Of a stretch of 32,000 nt of DNA, positions 1 through 8,251 are shown piece by piece. Source of the stretch: Ignicoccus islandicus DSM 13165 (lineage in GTDB: Archaea > Thermoproteota > Thermoprotei_A > Sulfolobales > Ignicoccaceae); the NCBI RefSeq assembly GCF_001481685.1, contig NZ_CP006867.1, positions 330,001-362,000 on the forward strand. The letters run 5' to 3'. The notes beneath the pieces are model-generated. The model was not told the origin of the DNA and searched no databases. It was given only the letters and a program-made list of their open reading frames with translations. Position 1 is the stretch's first letter; every line of letters begins with the position of its first letter. Both the position numbers and the translations under genes were made by a program.

Positions 1-1360
1 CGTCGAAATAATGGTTGAAGCTCATAGGTTGGATGCAGTCGTAATGGTGACCAACTGCGACAAGATAACGCCGGGGTTCTTGCTGGCAGCTGCTAGGCTC
101 GAGGTACCAGTTATACTCATAAACGGAGGACCAATGATGCCCGGAAGTTACGATCACCAAAGGATAGACTTCAAGGACTTAATGGAAAGAATGAACGTCT
201 TGATAAAGGAAGGGAGAACAGAAGAGCTGAAGAAGTTAGAGGAGAGTGCGCTACCGGGTCCGGGGAGCTGCGCGGGCCTCTTCACTGCCAATACAATGAA
301 CATGCTAAGTGAGGCCATGGGTATGATGCTACCTGGGGCCTCCACAGTTCCAGCTACTGAAGCTAGGAGAATATGGTACGCCAAATGGACGGGCATGAGA
401 ATAGTGAAAATGATCGAAGAGGGTCTTACACCCGATAAGATACTCACTAGAAAGGCCCTAGAGAACGCTATAGCAGTTGATATGGCCCTGGGCGGTTCCA
501 CGAACTCCGTACTTCACTTGGAAGCACTAGCCTACGAACTGGGAATAGACTTACCTTTAGAGGTGTTTGACGAGATCAGTAGGAAGGTACCCCATATAGC
601 TTCCATATCGCCAGCAGGGAAGCACTTCGTTGTAGACTTGGATAGAGCCGGTGGAATTCCAGCGATATTAAAGGAACTCGGACTAAAGGGCTTGATACAC
701 AAGGACGCGTTAACTGTTACAGGCAAGACCGTTTGGGAGAACGTAAGGAACGCCCAAGTGTTAGATAGGGAAGTCATAAGACCCTTGGACGACCCGTACC
801 ATCCGTTCGGAGGCTTAGCCATTCTAAAGGGTTCCTTAGCTCCGAGGGGCGCCGTAGTGAAGGCCTCCGCAGTCGACAGGAAGCTGTGGAAGTTCAAGGG
901 AGTAGCTAGAGTATTTGATGGCGAAGAGAAGGCGGTAGAGGCCATAAGATCTGGTAGGATCGAACCGGGAAGCGTGATCGTAATTCGCTACGAGGGACCC
1001 AAGGGAGGTCCCGGCATGAGGGAAATGTTGACTGCCACTGCAGCAGTAATGGCGCTCGGTCTCGGAGAAAGCGTTGCGCTCGTTACGGACGGTAGGTTCT
1101 CTGGGGCCACGAGAGGTCCGGCAATAGGTCACGTATCGCCGGAGGCGGCCGAAGGAGGTCCGATAGCTCTAGTTAGGGACGGCGACGAAATCGTGATAGA
1201 TATAGAGAACAGGAAACTCGACTTACTGGTCGACGAGAAGGAACTGGAGGAAAGGAGGAAGGAGTGGAAGCCTCTCAAGAAGCCACTAAGGAGGGGAGTG
1301 TTGAGGAGGTACGCGAAAATGGCGTTAAGCGCTGATAAAGGAGGAGCTTTGGAATATTGA
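1..1360 (+). CDS. ilvD: Dihydroxy-acid dehydratase (IlvD/Edd family), 5' end cut by window edge
   Basis: The frame is open from base 2 (VEI precedes the listed M). IlvD motifs are present: NCDKITPG, PGPGSCAGLFTANTMN (Fe-S cysteine region), ALGGSTNSVLH, VTDGRFSGATRG. Confidence 0.9.
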   Translation, partial: VEIMVEAHRLDAVVMVTNCDKITPGFLLAAARLEVPVILINGGPMMPGSYDHQRIDFKDLMERMNVLIKEGRTEELKKLEESALPGPGSCAGLFTANTMNMLSEAMGMMLPGASTVPATEARRIWYAKWTGMRIVKMIEEGLTPDKILTRKALENAIAVDMALGGSTNSVLHLEALAYELGIDLPLEVFDEISRKVPHIASISPAGKHFVVDLDRAGGIPAILKELGLKGLIHKDALTVTGKTVWENVRNAQVLDREVIRPLDDPYHPFGGLAILKGSLAPRGAVVKASAVDRKLWKFKGVARVFDGEEKAVEAIRSGRIEPGSVIVIRYEGPKGGPGMREMLTATAAVMALGLGESVALVTDGRFSGATRGPAIGHVSPEAAEGGPIALVRDGDEIVIDIENRKLDLLVDEKELEERRKEWKPLKKPLRRGVLRRYAKMALSADKGGALEY

Positions 1361-1370
1361 AAAATTAACT

Positions 1371-1691
1371 TTAACCGAAGAGGGCTCCCAAGCCGGCTGA
1401 GAGCTCCTCCTCGCTCACTTCCTCCTTCTTCTCTTCCTCTTCCTCCTTCTCTTCCTTCTTCTCCTCAGCAGCCGGAGCAGCTGCCGGGGCGGCTACTGGA
1501 GCTGCAGCCACTGGCAAGGCCGCGCTCTTCAATACCTCGTCAATGTTCACTTCCTTCAAGGCGGCTACCAATGCCTTTACCCTGGTCTCGTCCACTTGAA
1601 CTCCTGCCGCCTCTAGGACCTTCTTTATTGCCTCCTCGGTTATCTCCTTACCGGCGCTATGGAGCAAGAGGGAAGCGTATATGTACTCCAT
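1371..1691 (-). CDS. rpl12: Ribosomal stalk protein P1 (archaeal L12)
   Basis: N-terminus is [11 protein letters not shown]. An Ala/Pro hinge is followed by an EEKKEE acidic tail ending in GLGALFG, which is the archaeal P1 signature. An A5 run on the plus strand (T5 on the minus strand) follows the stop. Confidence 0.9.
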   Translation of the reverse strand: MEYIYASLLLHSAGKEITEEAIKKVLEAAGVQVDETRVKALVAALKEVNIDEVLKSAALPVAAAPVAAPAAAPAAEEKKEEKEEEEEKKEEVSEEELSAGLGALFG

Positions 1692-1858
1692 CGTTCCACC
1701 GACTGATAAAGGCAGATAGATGGATTAAAATGGGTTCCGCTTTATGCGTTGAGGCGTCAGATGGTTTGCTAACGCTCATCGTCTCGCTCTGGGACGGCCT
1801 CTTCATCCGCCAACTAGCGTTTGACCTCGGTATTATACTCTAGGCGTTTATTGAGTAA

Positions 1859-2995
1859 TTGGAAGCGGGAAAGTTGAAGCAATACGTAGTTAACGATCTC
1901 TCTAAATTAAGTAAAATATATATTGGTGAAGAATTGGATCCATTGGAACTGATAGATTTAGTGCCGGAAAGTTTAGAGAGGGCTAGGAACCTACTCGAGA
2001 GGGCGTTAGGTAAGAAGGTAGAGCCTTACGAGTGCGATGAACTATGTATGACATTAGGTTATAAGATAGCCGTCATAGTGGCTGCAGTACTAAAGGATAA
2101 GTGGTTACAAAACAAATTAGCTAACTTCGTAGCTATGGAAATAGCCAAGTCCTTAAATAAAGACGATCTCGTATCAACGATTACCTTGCTAAGGAAGCTA
2201 GGTTACGACGTTACCGACTTGGACGAACCCCTTCAAGTACCGATTAAGGTTCATAGAGGAGTTGTTCTACCGGAGGTCTACCCCGTTAAGATCCACTTAA
2301 TATCTTACGTTAAATTGGCTAAGAGGTTTCTAAGCGATCCACATTGGAAAGTGGTTAATAAACCCTTGCTCAATGGATTCGTGTACTTGAAGCCCGATGA
2401 GATCATTAGGTTAGCTCAGGAAGCCGTCTACTCGAAGGTAATTCAAGACGTTAAGGAAATAGGTAACTTGGAAGTAAGCGATTTACCGAATAGGTTGAGG
2501 GAGATAGTGGAAGAGCTCTCTTCTGCAATCAGGAAAACTGTAGTTAAGAGAAAGAGAGTTGAGGAAAGCGTAAAGGGCTTGTACCCTGAAGCTCTACCCC
2601 CATGCATTAAGTCAATATACGCGAGGGCCTTGGAAGGAGCTAACCTTTCTCATCAAGAGAGGTTCACCTTAGCTACGTTCCTGTTAAACATAGGGTTGGA
2701 CGTTGACGAAGTACTCGAAGTGTTTTCTAGAGCACCAGATTTCAACGAAAAGATAGCTCGATATCAAATAGAGCACTTAGCGGGCCTCAGAGGTTCTAGG
2801 AAGAAATACTCTCCGCCCTCTTGTAAGACCTTAGTTTCGTGGAACTTATGCCCTACTAAGGAGGAATGCAAAGCAAATCATCCATTAAGTGAGTACAAGA
2901 GGAGGCTAAGGGCGAGGAGGAAAAGTGATGCACAAGGTAATGGTAGCGATATTGAAGGGGTATCGCGAATGGACGGAGGAACTCGGGAGCGATAG
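1859..2995 (+). CDS. priL: DNA primase large subunit PriL
   Basis: TTG start. The C-terminal Fe-S domain carries four Cys (LPPCIKS, PPSCKTL, NLCP, EECK) and the conserved HQERFTLATFLLNIG...YQIEHLAG block. The low-complexity tail overlaps the next gene by about 68 nt. Confidence 0.85.
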   Translation: MEAGKLKQYVVNDLSKLSKIYIGEELDPLELIDLVPESLERARNLLERALGKKVEPYECDELCMTLGYKIAVIVAAVLKDKWLQNKLANFVAMEIAKSLNKDDLVSTITLLRKLGYDVTDLDEPLQVPIKVHRGVVLPEVYPVKIHLISYVKLAKRFLSDPHWKVVNKPLLNGFVYLKPDEIIRLAQEAVYSKVIQDVKEIGNLEVSDLPNRLREIVEELSSAIRKTVVKRKRVEESVKGLYPEALPPCIKSIYARALEGANLSHQERFTLATFLLNIGLDVDEVLEVFSRAPDFNEKIARYQIEHLAGLRGSRKKYSPPSCKTLVSWNLCPTKEECKANHPLSEYKRRLRARRKSDAQGNGSDIEGVSRMDGGTRER

Positions 2996-3578
2996 GGAGT
3001 GGAAAATTCAATTAGTTCAAGCATCGATCGAGAAGATTGCAAGTGAAGAAGCAGCGAAGTGTAACTCGTTCTACGTTCCGCACAGAAAGGACGTTCTGAT
3101 CTTTCTAGCAAACGGTGTAGAAGAAGAGTGCTTAAGAGAAGTAATTAGTAAAATAGAGAAGGTATCGCCCGTTCCCGTTGAAACCAGTATAGGGTGTGGT
3201 TCCACTCCCTTGAGCGCTCTGAGAGGCGAATCGAGGAAGTGCGAAGGCAGCGACGTCGCCGTAGTTCATATAGACTTAAACTACTTCTCCAAAGACGAGA
3301 TCTACTCAGCATACGTAAGGGCAATGAACAACTACTCCACCCTCTTAAACCTTTTCTTAGGGGTAGGTGGTATTGGGGCTTACTTAGGCGGGGATAACTT
3401 CGTCTTCTTCATTGACCCTAAGGACTTACATATAATAGATGAGGTTAAAATGATTTTAAAGGACGCCAAGATCGGAGTGGGTATAGGCAAAAACCCAAGG
3501 GAAGCTCTATCTAAGGCGGCGTCTTCTCTAAAGTTTCTTAGAGAGAATAGAAATCTGAGGTCCTATTTAATACAGTAA
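2928..3578 (+). CDS. gch3: GTP cyclohydrolase III (archaeal FAPy-forming, MJ0145-type)
   Basis: The N-terminus MHKVMVAILKGYREWT is colinear with my recollection of the MJ0145 N-terminus (..IQIDNYGPWT). It also has the VVHIDLN..SAY block, the GGDNF motif and the GVGIG motif. The ATG at 2928 is preferred over the GTG at 2925. Confidence 0.8.
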   Translation: MHKVMVAILKGYREWTEELGSDREWKIQLVQASIEKIASEEAAKCNSFYVPHRKDVLIFLANGVEEECLREVISKIEKVSPVPVETSIGCGSTPLSALRGESRKCEGSDVAVVHIDLNYFSKDEIYSAYVRAMNNYSTLLNLFLGVGGIGAYLGGDNFVFFIDPKDLHIIDEVKMILKDAKIGVGIGKNPREALSKAASSLKFLRENRNLRSYLIQ

Positions 3579-3608
3579 CGGAGAGATACCGAACACGGGA
3601 ACTCATGC

Positions 3609-4724
3609 TTGAACGTAAGGGTACCTTACGCTTTAGTGGGCGAGGACCTAGAACTAGTAGAGGAAGTCACAATAATTCTCAATAATCAAGGGATTGAGGC
3701 AATAGAAGAGGGTTGGGACTCGAAAGGGATACTGGTGAACGCGCTTGCTATGCCATCTCTATTTAACGCTCACATCCACTTGGGCGATTCCGTTATCTTG
3801 GAAAGGTGGATAAACAAGGAGCTAAGCGATATAGTAGACCCAAGGAAGGGTTTGAAGATAAGAGCGTTTGAAAAGGTTAAGGACGAACAAATGATAAAGT
3901 CAATGAGCCAGACATTGGGTTTACTGAAGTTAATTGGAGTGTTTGGGGTTAGCGACTTCCGTGAAGAAGGTTACAAGGGCGTTAAGAAGGGGCTGAGCGC
4001 GGCCGAAAGGGCGAACTTCGAAGGTTACTTACCATTCGCCAGGGCCTCTTCCTTGGAAGAGGGTCTTAAAGTGCTCAAGATATCCCACGGCCTCGGCTTG
4101 CCCGAGCCTACTTATCCAGACCCTAACATAGCTCGAAAGCTCTCGGAAATCTTCAAGAACGCCGGTAAACCTGTTGGAACGCACGTAGCTGAAGTAGGCG
4201 GTAGAGAGGAACTCTATCAAGCCTTCGAATTAGGAGTGGATTTCGTCGTGCATGGCGTAAACTTGGAACTAGAGGACTTTGAGGAACTCAGGAAGAGGAA
4301 CGTAGCAATAGTATTTTGTACCAGAGCTAACAACTGGTTTAAATTAGAACCTAAATTGAAATACGCCATAGAGGCAGACGTGAAGTTCTTAATAGGGACC
4401 GATAACGTTGCTTGGACTAAACCAGACCTTTGGAGGGAAATGGAATTAATTTCGATAAAGCTTAGGAAAGACGGATTATTCGATGAAGAAATAGCGAAGA
4501 GGATACTAAAAGCGTCAACTGTCTGGGCGCAAGACGTGATGAAGGTTCCGTGGAGGATACCTTTAGAGAAGGGTTCAGACGGATTCTTCTTACTATTGGA
4601 TATAGAGAGATTGGGTTTCGAGAACTCGCCTAATAAGTATTCAGTGATAGTGAAAAGAGGTGGACCCGAAACCATAGTTGGATACATAATACGGGGACAG
4701 TTCCATCAGAAGGTAATGTGTTGA
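3609..4724 (+). CDS. Amidohydrolase-superfamily metal-dependent hydrolase/deaminase-like protein
   Basis: TTG start. Metal ligands are spaced as in TIM-barrel amidohydrolases: NAHIHLGDS (HxH), GTHVAE, VVHGV, IGTDN. Confidence 0.7.
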   Translation: MNVRVPYALVGEDLELVEEVTIILNNQGIEAIEEGWDSKGILVNALAMPSLFNAHIHLGDSVILERWINKELSDIVDPRKGLKIRAFEKVKDEQMIKSMSQTLGLLKLIGVFGVSDFREEGYKGVKKGLSAAERANFEGYLPFARASSLEEGLKVLKISHGLGLPEPTYPDPNIARKLSEIFKNAGKPVGTHVAEVGGREELYQAFELGVDFVVHGVNLELEDFEELRKRNVAIVFCTRANNWFKLEPKLKYAIEADVKFLIGTDNVAWTKPDLWREMELISIKLRKDGLFDEEIAKRILKASTVWAQDVMKVPWRIPLEKGSDGFFLLLDIERLGFENSPNKYSVIVKRGGPETIVGYIIRGQFHQKVMC

Positions 4725-4727
4725 AAA

Positions 4728-4831
4728 TGGAGCCGGGGCCGGGATTCGAACCCGGGAAAGATCGGGTATCGACAGGCGGAGGCCTATACGCCACTGCAGC
4801 CCGACCCCTTAGGCCACTCGGGCACCCCGGC
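4728..4831 (-). tRNA. tRNA-Cys(GCA) with a 26-nt intron at the canonical 37/38 position and an encoded CCA
   Basis: The reverse complement reads GCCGGGG-TG-CCCGAGTGGCCTAAGGG-G-TCGGG-CTGCAG[TGGCGTATAGGCCTCCGCCTGTCGAT]A-CCCGA-TCTTTC-CCGGGTTCGAATCCCGG-CCCCGGC-T-CCA. The acceptor, anticodon and T stems all pair perfectly. The mature loop is CUGCAGA. The U73 discriminator fits Cys identity. The variable region is 6 nt, which is slightly unusual. Confidence 0.85.
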
Positions 4832-4852
4832 ATGTGAAGGATTGGAATAATC

Positions 4853-4860
4853 ATTTTTAA
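4853..4860 (-). promoter_or_regulatory. TATA box (TTAAAAAT on the minus strand) for the tRNA gene
   Basis: It is centred about 25 nt upstream of the tRNA 5' end at 4831, which is the archaeal TATA-to-TSS spacing. Confidence 0.4.
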
Positions 4861-4862
4861 GC

Positions 4863-6218
4863 TTATACTAAGGCACTTAAAACAACTGTAAGGAACGATC
4901 CTATTACGCCCAACTTTATCGCATTGGTAATGTTGCTCCTCACTTCCTTCTTATATATGAGGTCTCCCATGCTCAAGTACTCTATTTCCCGTCTTCGATA
5001 ACTGTTGGAGAGACTTAAGTTGCGAAGTACTTCGAATGACTTAACGTCGCTAACCTCGTACTTAGTTCGACCGAACCCTGCGCAAGTGTGGTCGTCTAAA
5101 GTGGATACTTCCATGAGACCCTCCCTAACTAACTCGTCTCTATTACCTCTTCTCATGTTGTTTCCGAAAACTACGAGCCAACTCCTAGTACCTCTCTCAC
5201 AAGACAAATTCAACAAGATTCCCTTGTCCCAGCAAAGTCCTTTACCATTCACTTGAACCTCCTTAACGCTCTCGAAAACGCACTCGTCTTTCCAAATTTC
5301 CTTAAGGTTCCTGAGCTCCTTTTCGAGTACTTCAGCCTTTACGGGCTCCCCTTCGTTATTATGCGGATCAGCGATTTCTACTCCGTAGTCCCCACATTCT
5401 AGGTCATCGGCGCCGTTTTTGTGGTATATTACTTTGATTCCGTTTAGCCCTAAGCATTCTATTTCCTCACCTTCTTCCTTCCTAACTTCAATTACGTTCT
5501 TCGAGTCTTCTTCACCTTTCGCCACCTTCAGAGCTAGTTTGAAGGTCTCCCATCTGTTAGCCGGGTTGTTCTCGTGAGATCCGCAAAGCCTGTGAGGAAT
5601 TCTTCCATTTACGAATAACAAATATGGGAAGAGCGTTCCCATGGAATATCTCATTAAGCCGAAGTGAACGTCCGTAAACGTAATCGGTCCCAGGCTTAAT
5701 ACTTTAGCTATCCTTTTCTTTCCGTACTTCGTTACGATTTCCTCCAAGTGAACGTAGTCATCGCCCATCCACGCCCGGAGCCACGCTATCCCTAGAGGCA
5801 TTACCCCCTTGACGTGACCGTACGTTGAAACTAACCATACCGGTAGCAAGGCCAGTAAAGACTTAGGAAAGAAAGGTATCAATGGAAGTATTGCAACGAT
5901 CTCGATGAGCGGATGGGCTATTGCAAGGACGGACACCATAGAATATAAAGCTACAGATAGCTCCGGTTTCGCTAACATTAGAACGTTCGAAACGGCATAT
6001 AGAAAACCCAACCTCCTACCGTTCAGGATCCTGTTTTCGTAAAACAGTATTGTGAAGTACGCTTGTTGTACGAGCGCTAGGACTAGGAGTTCCTTCTTTA
6101 ATCCTAGAACCGCGTAACTTGCGAGTAGCGAAACGAATATCGCTTCGTTTGGAGGTAAGGTAAAGAGTAGTTTATAGTATTTTAATATCTCCTTCAAGTT
6201 CGCGTGCCGGGTAGTCAA
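4863..6218 (-). CDS. Hypothetical membrane protein (N-terminal multi-TM region, ~270-aa soluble domain, C-terminal TM)
   Basis: Long ORF with genome-typical codon usage and hydrophobic helices at the N-terminus and extreme C-terminus. The start is uncertain: TTG at 6218 or TTG at 6197 (MKEILKYY), with a TTATTATTAC TATA-like element upstream. Confidence 0.6.
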   Translation of the reverse strand: MTTRHANLKEILKYYKLLFTLPPNEAIFVSLLASYAVLGLKKELLVLALVQQAYFTILFYENRILNGRRLGFLYAVSNVLMLAKPELSVALYSMVSVLAIAHPLIEIVAILPLIPFFPKSLLALLPVWLVSTYGHVKGVMPLGIAWLRAWMGDDYVHLEEIVTKYGKKRIAKVLSLGPITFTDVHFGLMRYSMGTLFPYLLFVNGRIPHRLCGSHENNPANRWETFKLALKVAKGEEDSKNVIEVRKEEGEEIECLGLNGIKVIYHKNGADDLECGDYGVEIADPHNNEGEPVKAEVLEKELRNLKEIWKDECVFESVKEVQVNGKGLCWDKGILLNLSCERGTRSWLVVFGNNMRRGNRDELVREGLMEVSTLDDHTCAGFGRTKYEVSDVKSFEVLRNLSLSNSYRRREIEYLSMGDLIYKKEVRSNITNAIKLGVIGSFLTVVLSALV

Positions 6219-6220
6219 TT

Positions 6221-6439
6221 TTGGGTAAAGTAATAATAACGTTCGATGGGACCGTTTACTGTTACGTAAAGGTTGACGAGAAAGGAGAGGCCTTAGAGAG
6301 AGTGTGTTGCGAGAACGCGAAGGAGGTTATTTCAAAAACGCAATGTACTATTAGCGGATATTCCGATAGACCGGGATTCATTATGGAATGCGATGGAGTT
6401 GCTGAATGCAGTGAGGGACGCTTGATTACTTACACTTGA
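6221..6439 (+). CDS. Small Cys-rich hypothetical protein (72 aa)
   Basis: The only start is a TTG. It has 7 Cys and a protein-like composition. The start lies 2 nt from the divergent gene start, which leaves no promoter space. Confidence 0.25.
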   Translation: MGKVIITFDGTVYCYVKVDEKGEALERVCCENAKEVISKTQCTISGYSDRPGFIMECDGVAECSEGRLITYT

Positions 6440-6599
6440 CGTTCAAGTTCTCAATACATATTTTAAGTTTCTTAATGACATCGCAGATGTTCTTTTTAGG
6501 AACAATTGCTAAACCACCCATATCGTTTTCTAGCAAAAACATATCCTTGAGTTCCTTCTTTATTCTAACTGTCTGGACACACTCAATGTCGTCGAACAT
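6426..6599 (-). CDS. Sub-threshold small ORF (57 aa, MFDDIECVQTVRIKKELKDMFLLEND...)
   Basis: This ORF is not in the supplied track because it is under 60 aa. Its ATG lies 7 nt after the stop of the upstream minus-strand gene. It has Lys/Glu-rich, genome-typical codons. Its 3' end overlaps the convergent 6221..6439 ORF. Confidence 0.25.
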   Translation of the reverse strand: MFDDIECVQTVRIKKELKDMFLLENDMGGLAIVPKKNICDVIKKLKICIENLNVKCK

Positions 6600-6606
6600 T
6601 TTCGGT

Positions 6607-6933
6607 TCACACTAAGGGTAGGTCTAGGAAGTCCATCGGGAGCCTCTTCCCTTTAGACGTTATTTCGTCGTACTTCTTGGCCAAGTACTTAATGAAGACG
6701 GGGCAACCATCGAACTTACCGGCCCTATCGCACTTGTAATCCATTTCTAGGAAGCACTTACCAGTTCTCTTATCATAATAAGGACATAGCTTGTGATACT
6801 TCTTAGCCGACATCATTATTTGTCTAACCCACTTGTACTTTGGATCGTCCTTCTTAGTTAGGTCCTCAGTTTCTACTCCAGTGGTACTTTCAAGTAACTT
6901 TTCCAAATCCTTATCGCTAACGGTCTTATGCAT
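6607..6933 (-). CDS. Small Cys-containing hypothetical protein (108 aa)
   Basis: The ATG at 6933 is preceded by a strong GGAGGTGA motif 8-9 nt upstream, so it is preferred over the GTG at 6987. Cys pattern: KLCPYYDKRTGKCFLEMDYKCDRAGKFDGCP. Confidence 0.6.
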   Translation of the reverse strand: MHKTVSDKDLEKLLESTTGVETEDLTKKDDPKYKWVRQIMMSAKKYHKLCPYYDKRTGKCFLEMDYKCDRAGKFDGCPVFIKYLAKKYDEITSKGKRLPMDFLDLPLV

Positions 6934-7082
6934 TACGTCCTCACCTCCTGAACGCAATTGAATATTACAATTAGACGTCCTCGACACTTCATATCAGCGA
7001 ACAAATTAAAGTCTAATAGTTTCGGTGTGCTTGCAATCGCAGAAAATTCAAATCCATTCGTTCGAAACTTACTCGAAGTGCG

Positions 7083-8228
7083 TTGAGCGAAATTGAAAAA
7101 TTAGAGAAAATGGCAGTGTTGCTATCCCTTCCCGGAACGGCCTTACTAGTGTTACTACCATTGTACATAAAGGATCTAGGCGGTAGCAGCGAGCTAATAG
7201 GTATAGCGAGCAGCGTTGGCCCGATCTCCTTCTCTATTGTCAGGTTAATAGGAGGGGCTGCCACAGATATGTTTGGAAGGAAGAGCACGTTCTTATTTGG
7301 AATAGCCCTGTATACCCTCGGACTCCTAGTGTTAGCCATTGCGCCCGATGCCAACGCCGTGGCCCTAGGTGGTTCCCTCAGTGGAGCTGGAGCCATGATA
7401 GCGATGACTTCCGCAATAGTAATGGTTGCAGACGTTGCGGGGTTCGCGGAAATTTACGGTAGATTGACTAGCAAGATGGCCTTAGGGGGAGTAATTGGAG
7501 CGGTGGTACCTTTCTCGTTATTGTACTTCTTCCCAGAAGTAGTAGCCTTCAGAGCCTCTTTTCTAATATACTTCTTAACGTCCCTATATTCAACGTTCAA
7601 GTCGTTAGAACTGAGGGAAACCAAACCACCGAAGGCTGTAATATCGTTTGAGTTCACTCGCGAGTGGTTTATTGCAACCGTGATAGGTTCCCTAGTTTCA
7701 ATTGCTTCTGGCATGGTAACGCCTTTCTATCCAGTCTTCGTTGCCTCGAAGTTCGAATTGAACGCTAATGACGTTATGCTTACTTACATTCCCTCTGCCA
7801 TATCAGCCATTGGATCGCCCAGGATAGCTGGAATGTTCGACCCCCTTTACACGTTGGTTCTATTTAGTGCAATTGGCACCATAGGATCATTGACAATAGT
7901 TATAGGTGGCTTGGCACTAGCAGCCATTGGCTTAGCGTTAGTGGTCGGCGCCGTTGGTGGGTGTACTGTAGCTCAAGACGCATTGGTTGCTAAGGGCTGT
8001 AAGAGGTCATGCGGTTTCATGATAGGCCTCTATGCCGCCGTAACTCAATTCTTCATGGGTATAGGATCGCTAGTGGCTGGAATAATTTACTCGTATCGTG
8101 GCGATCTAGTTTTCGGTACCGCCGCCGTGGCGTTGTTCCTATCAACCGTTCTATCGGCGACCTTCTTAGGACTGAATGCTTTAAAGGGCGGAACCAGATC
8201 CTTATTTGGTCACAAGACGGGACATTAG
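7083..8228 (+). CDS. MFS-type transporter
   Basis: About 11-12 hydrophobic helices. An MFS loop motif GGAATDMFGRKSTF lies between TM2 and TM3. An alternative ATG start is at 7110. Confidence 0.8.
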   Translation: MSEIEKLEKMAVLLSLPGTALLVLLPLYIKDLGGSSELIGIASSVGPISFSIVRLIGGAATDMFGRKSTFLFGIALYTLGLLVLAIAPDANAVALGGSLSGAGAMIAMTSAIVMVADVAGFAEIYGRLTSKMALGGVIGAVVPFSLLYFFPEVVAFRASFLIYFLTSLYSTFKSLELRETKPPKAVISFEFTREWFIATVIGSLVSIASGMVTPFYPVFVASKFELNANDVMLTYIPSAISAIGSPRIAGMFDPLYTLVLFSAIGTIGSLTIVIGGLALAAIGLALVVGAVGGCTVAQDALVAKGCKRSCGFMIGLYAAVTQFFMGIGSLVAGIIYSYRGDLVFGTAAVALFLSTVLSATFLGLNALKGGTRSLFGHKTGH

Positions 8229-8251
8229 TAACTATCGTCCGGTGTTGAGCT

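Noticed and set aside
154-1132. Antisense or alternative-frame ORFs within ilvD (154..501, 532..945, 836..1132), together with analogous shadow ORFs elsewhere (1571..1843, 2878..3111, 3194..3397, 4029..4687, 5005..5256, 7013..7396, 7454..7714, 8009..8259, 9445..9669, 10407..10946, 11827..12099, 12656..13190, 13408..13740, 15214..15801, 17535..17837, 18297..18479, 18634..18891, 19974..20312, 20908..21102, 21266..21605, 22078..22386, 22591..22929, 23107..23614, 25480..25743, 26311..26811, 27297..27569, 28067..28363, 29506..29766, 30425..30838)
   Set aside because: Each lies inside or opposite a longer ORF with clear family motifs. Each has Ser/Pro/Arg/Leu-biased shadow-ORF composition.
1753-1811. 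C/D-box-sRNA-like arrangement on the minus strand upstream of P1: GGCG-GATGA-11 nt-CAGA-7 nt-GATGA-15 nt-CTGA-CGCC
   Set aside because: Both C-type boxes lack the RU prefix (CGGAUGA and ACGAUGA). The D' box is degenerate. The 15-nt C'-to-D spacing departs from the ~12 nt archaeal norm. The terminal stem competes with the C box. It is too weak to call without an rRNA/tRNA target match or expression data.
4630-4854. 74-aa ORF overlapping the tRNA gene
   Set aside because: It is fully explained by the tRNA-Cys gene on the same strand. It is Gly/Pro/Arg-rich, as expected from translating a GC-rich RNA gene.
4832-7082. Integrated element next to the tRNA gene (small Cys-rich ORFs, membrane protein)
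   Set aside because: I found no integrase-like ORF and no second copy of a tRNA fragment (att repeat) anywhere in the window. Codon usage of the 4863..6218 gene looks native.
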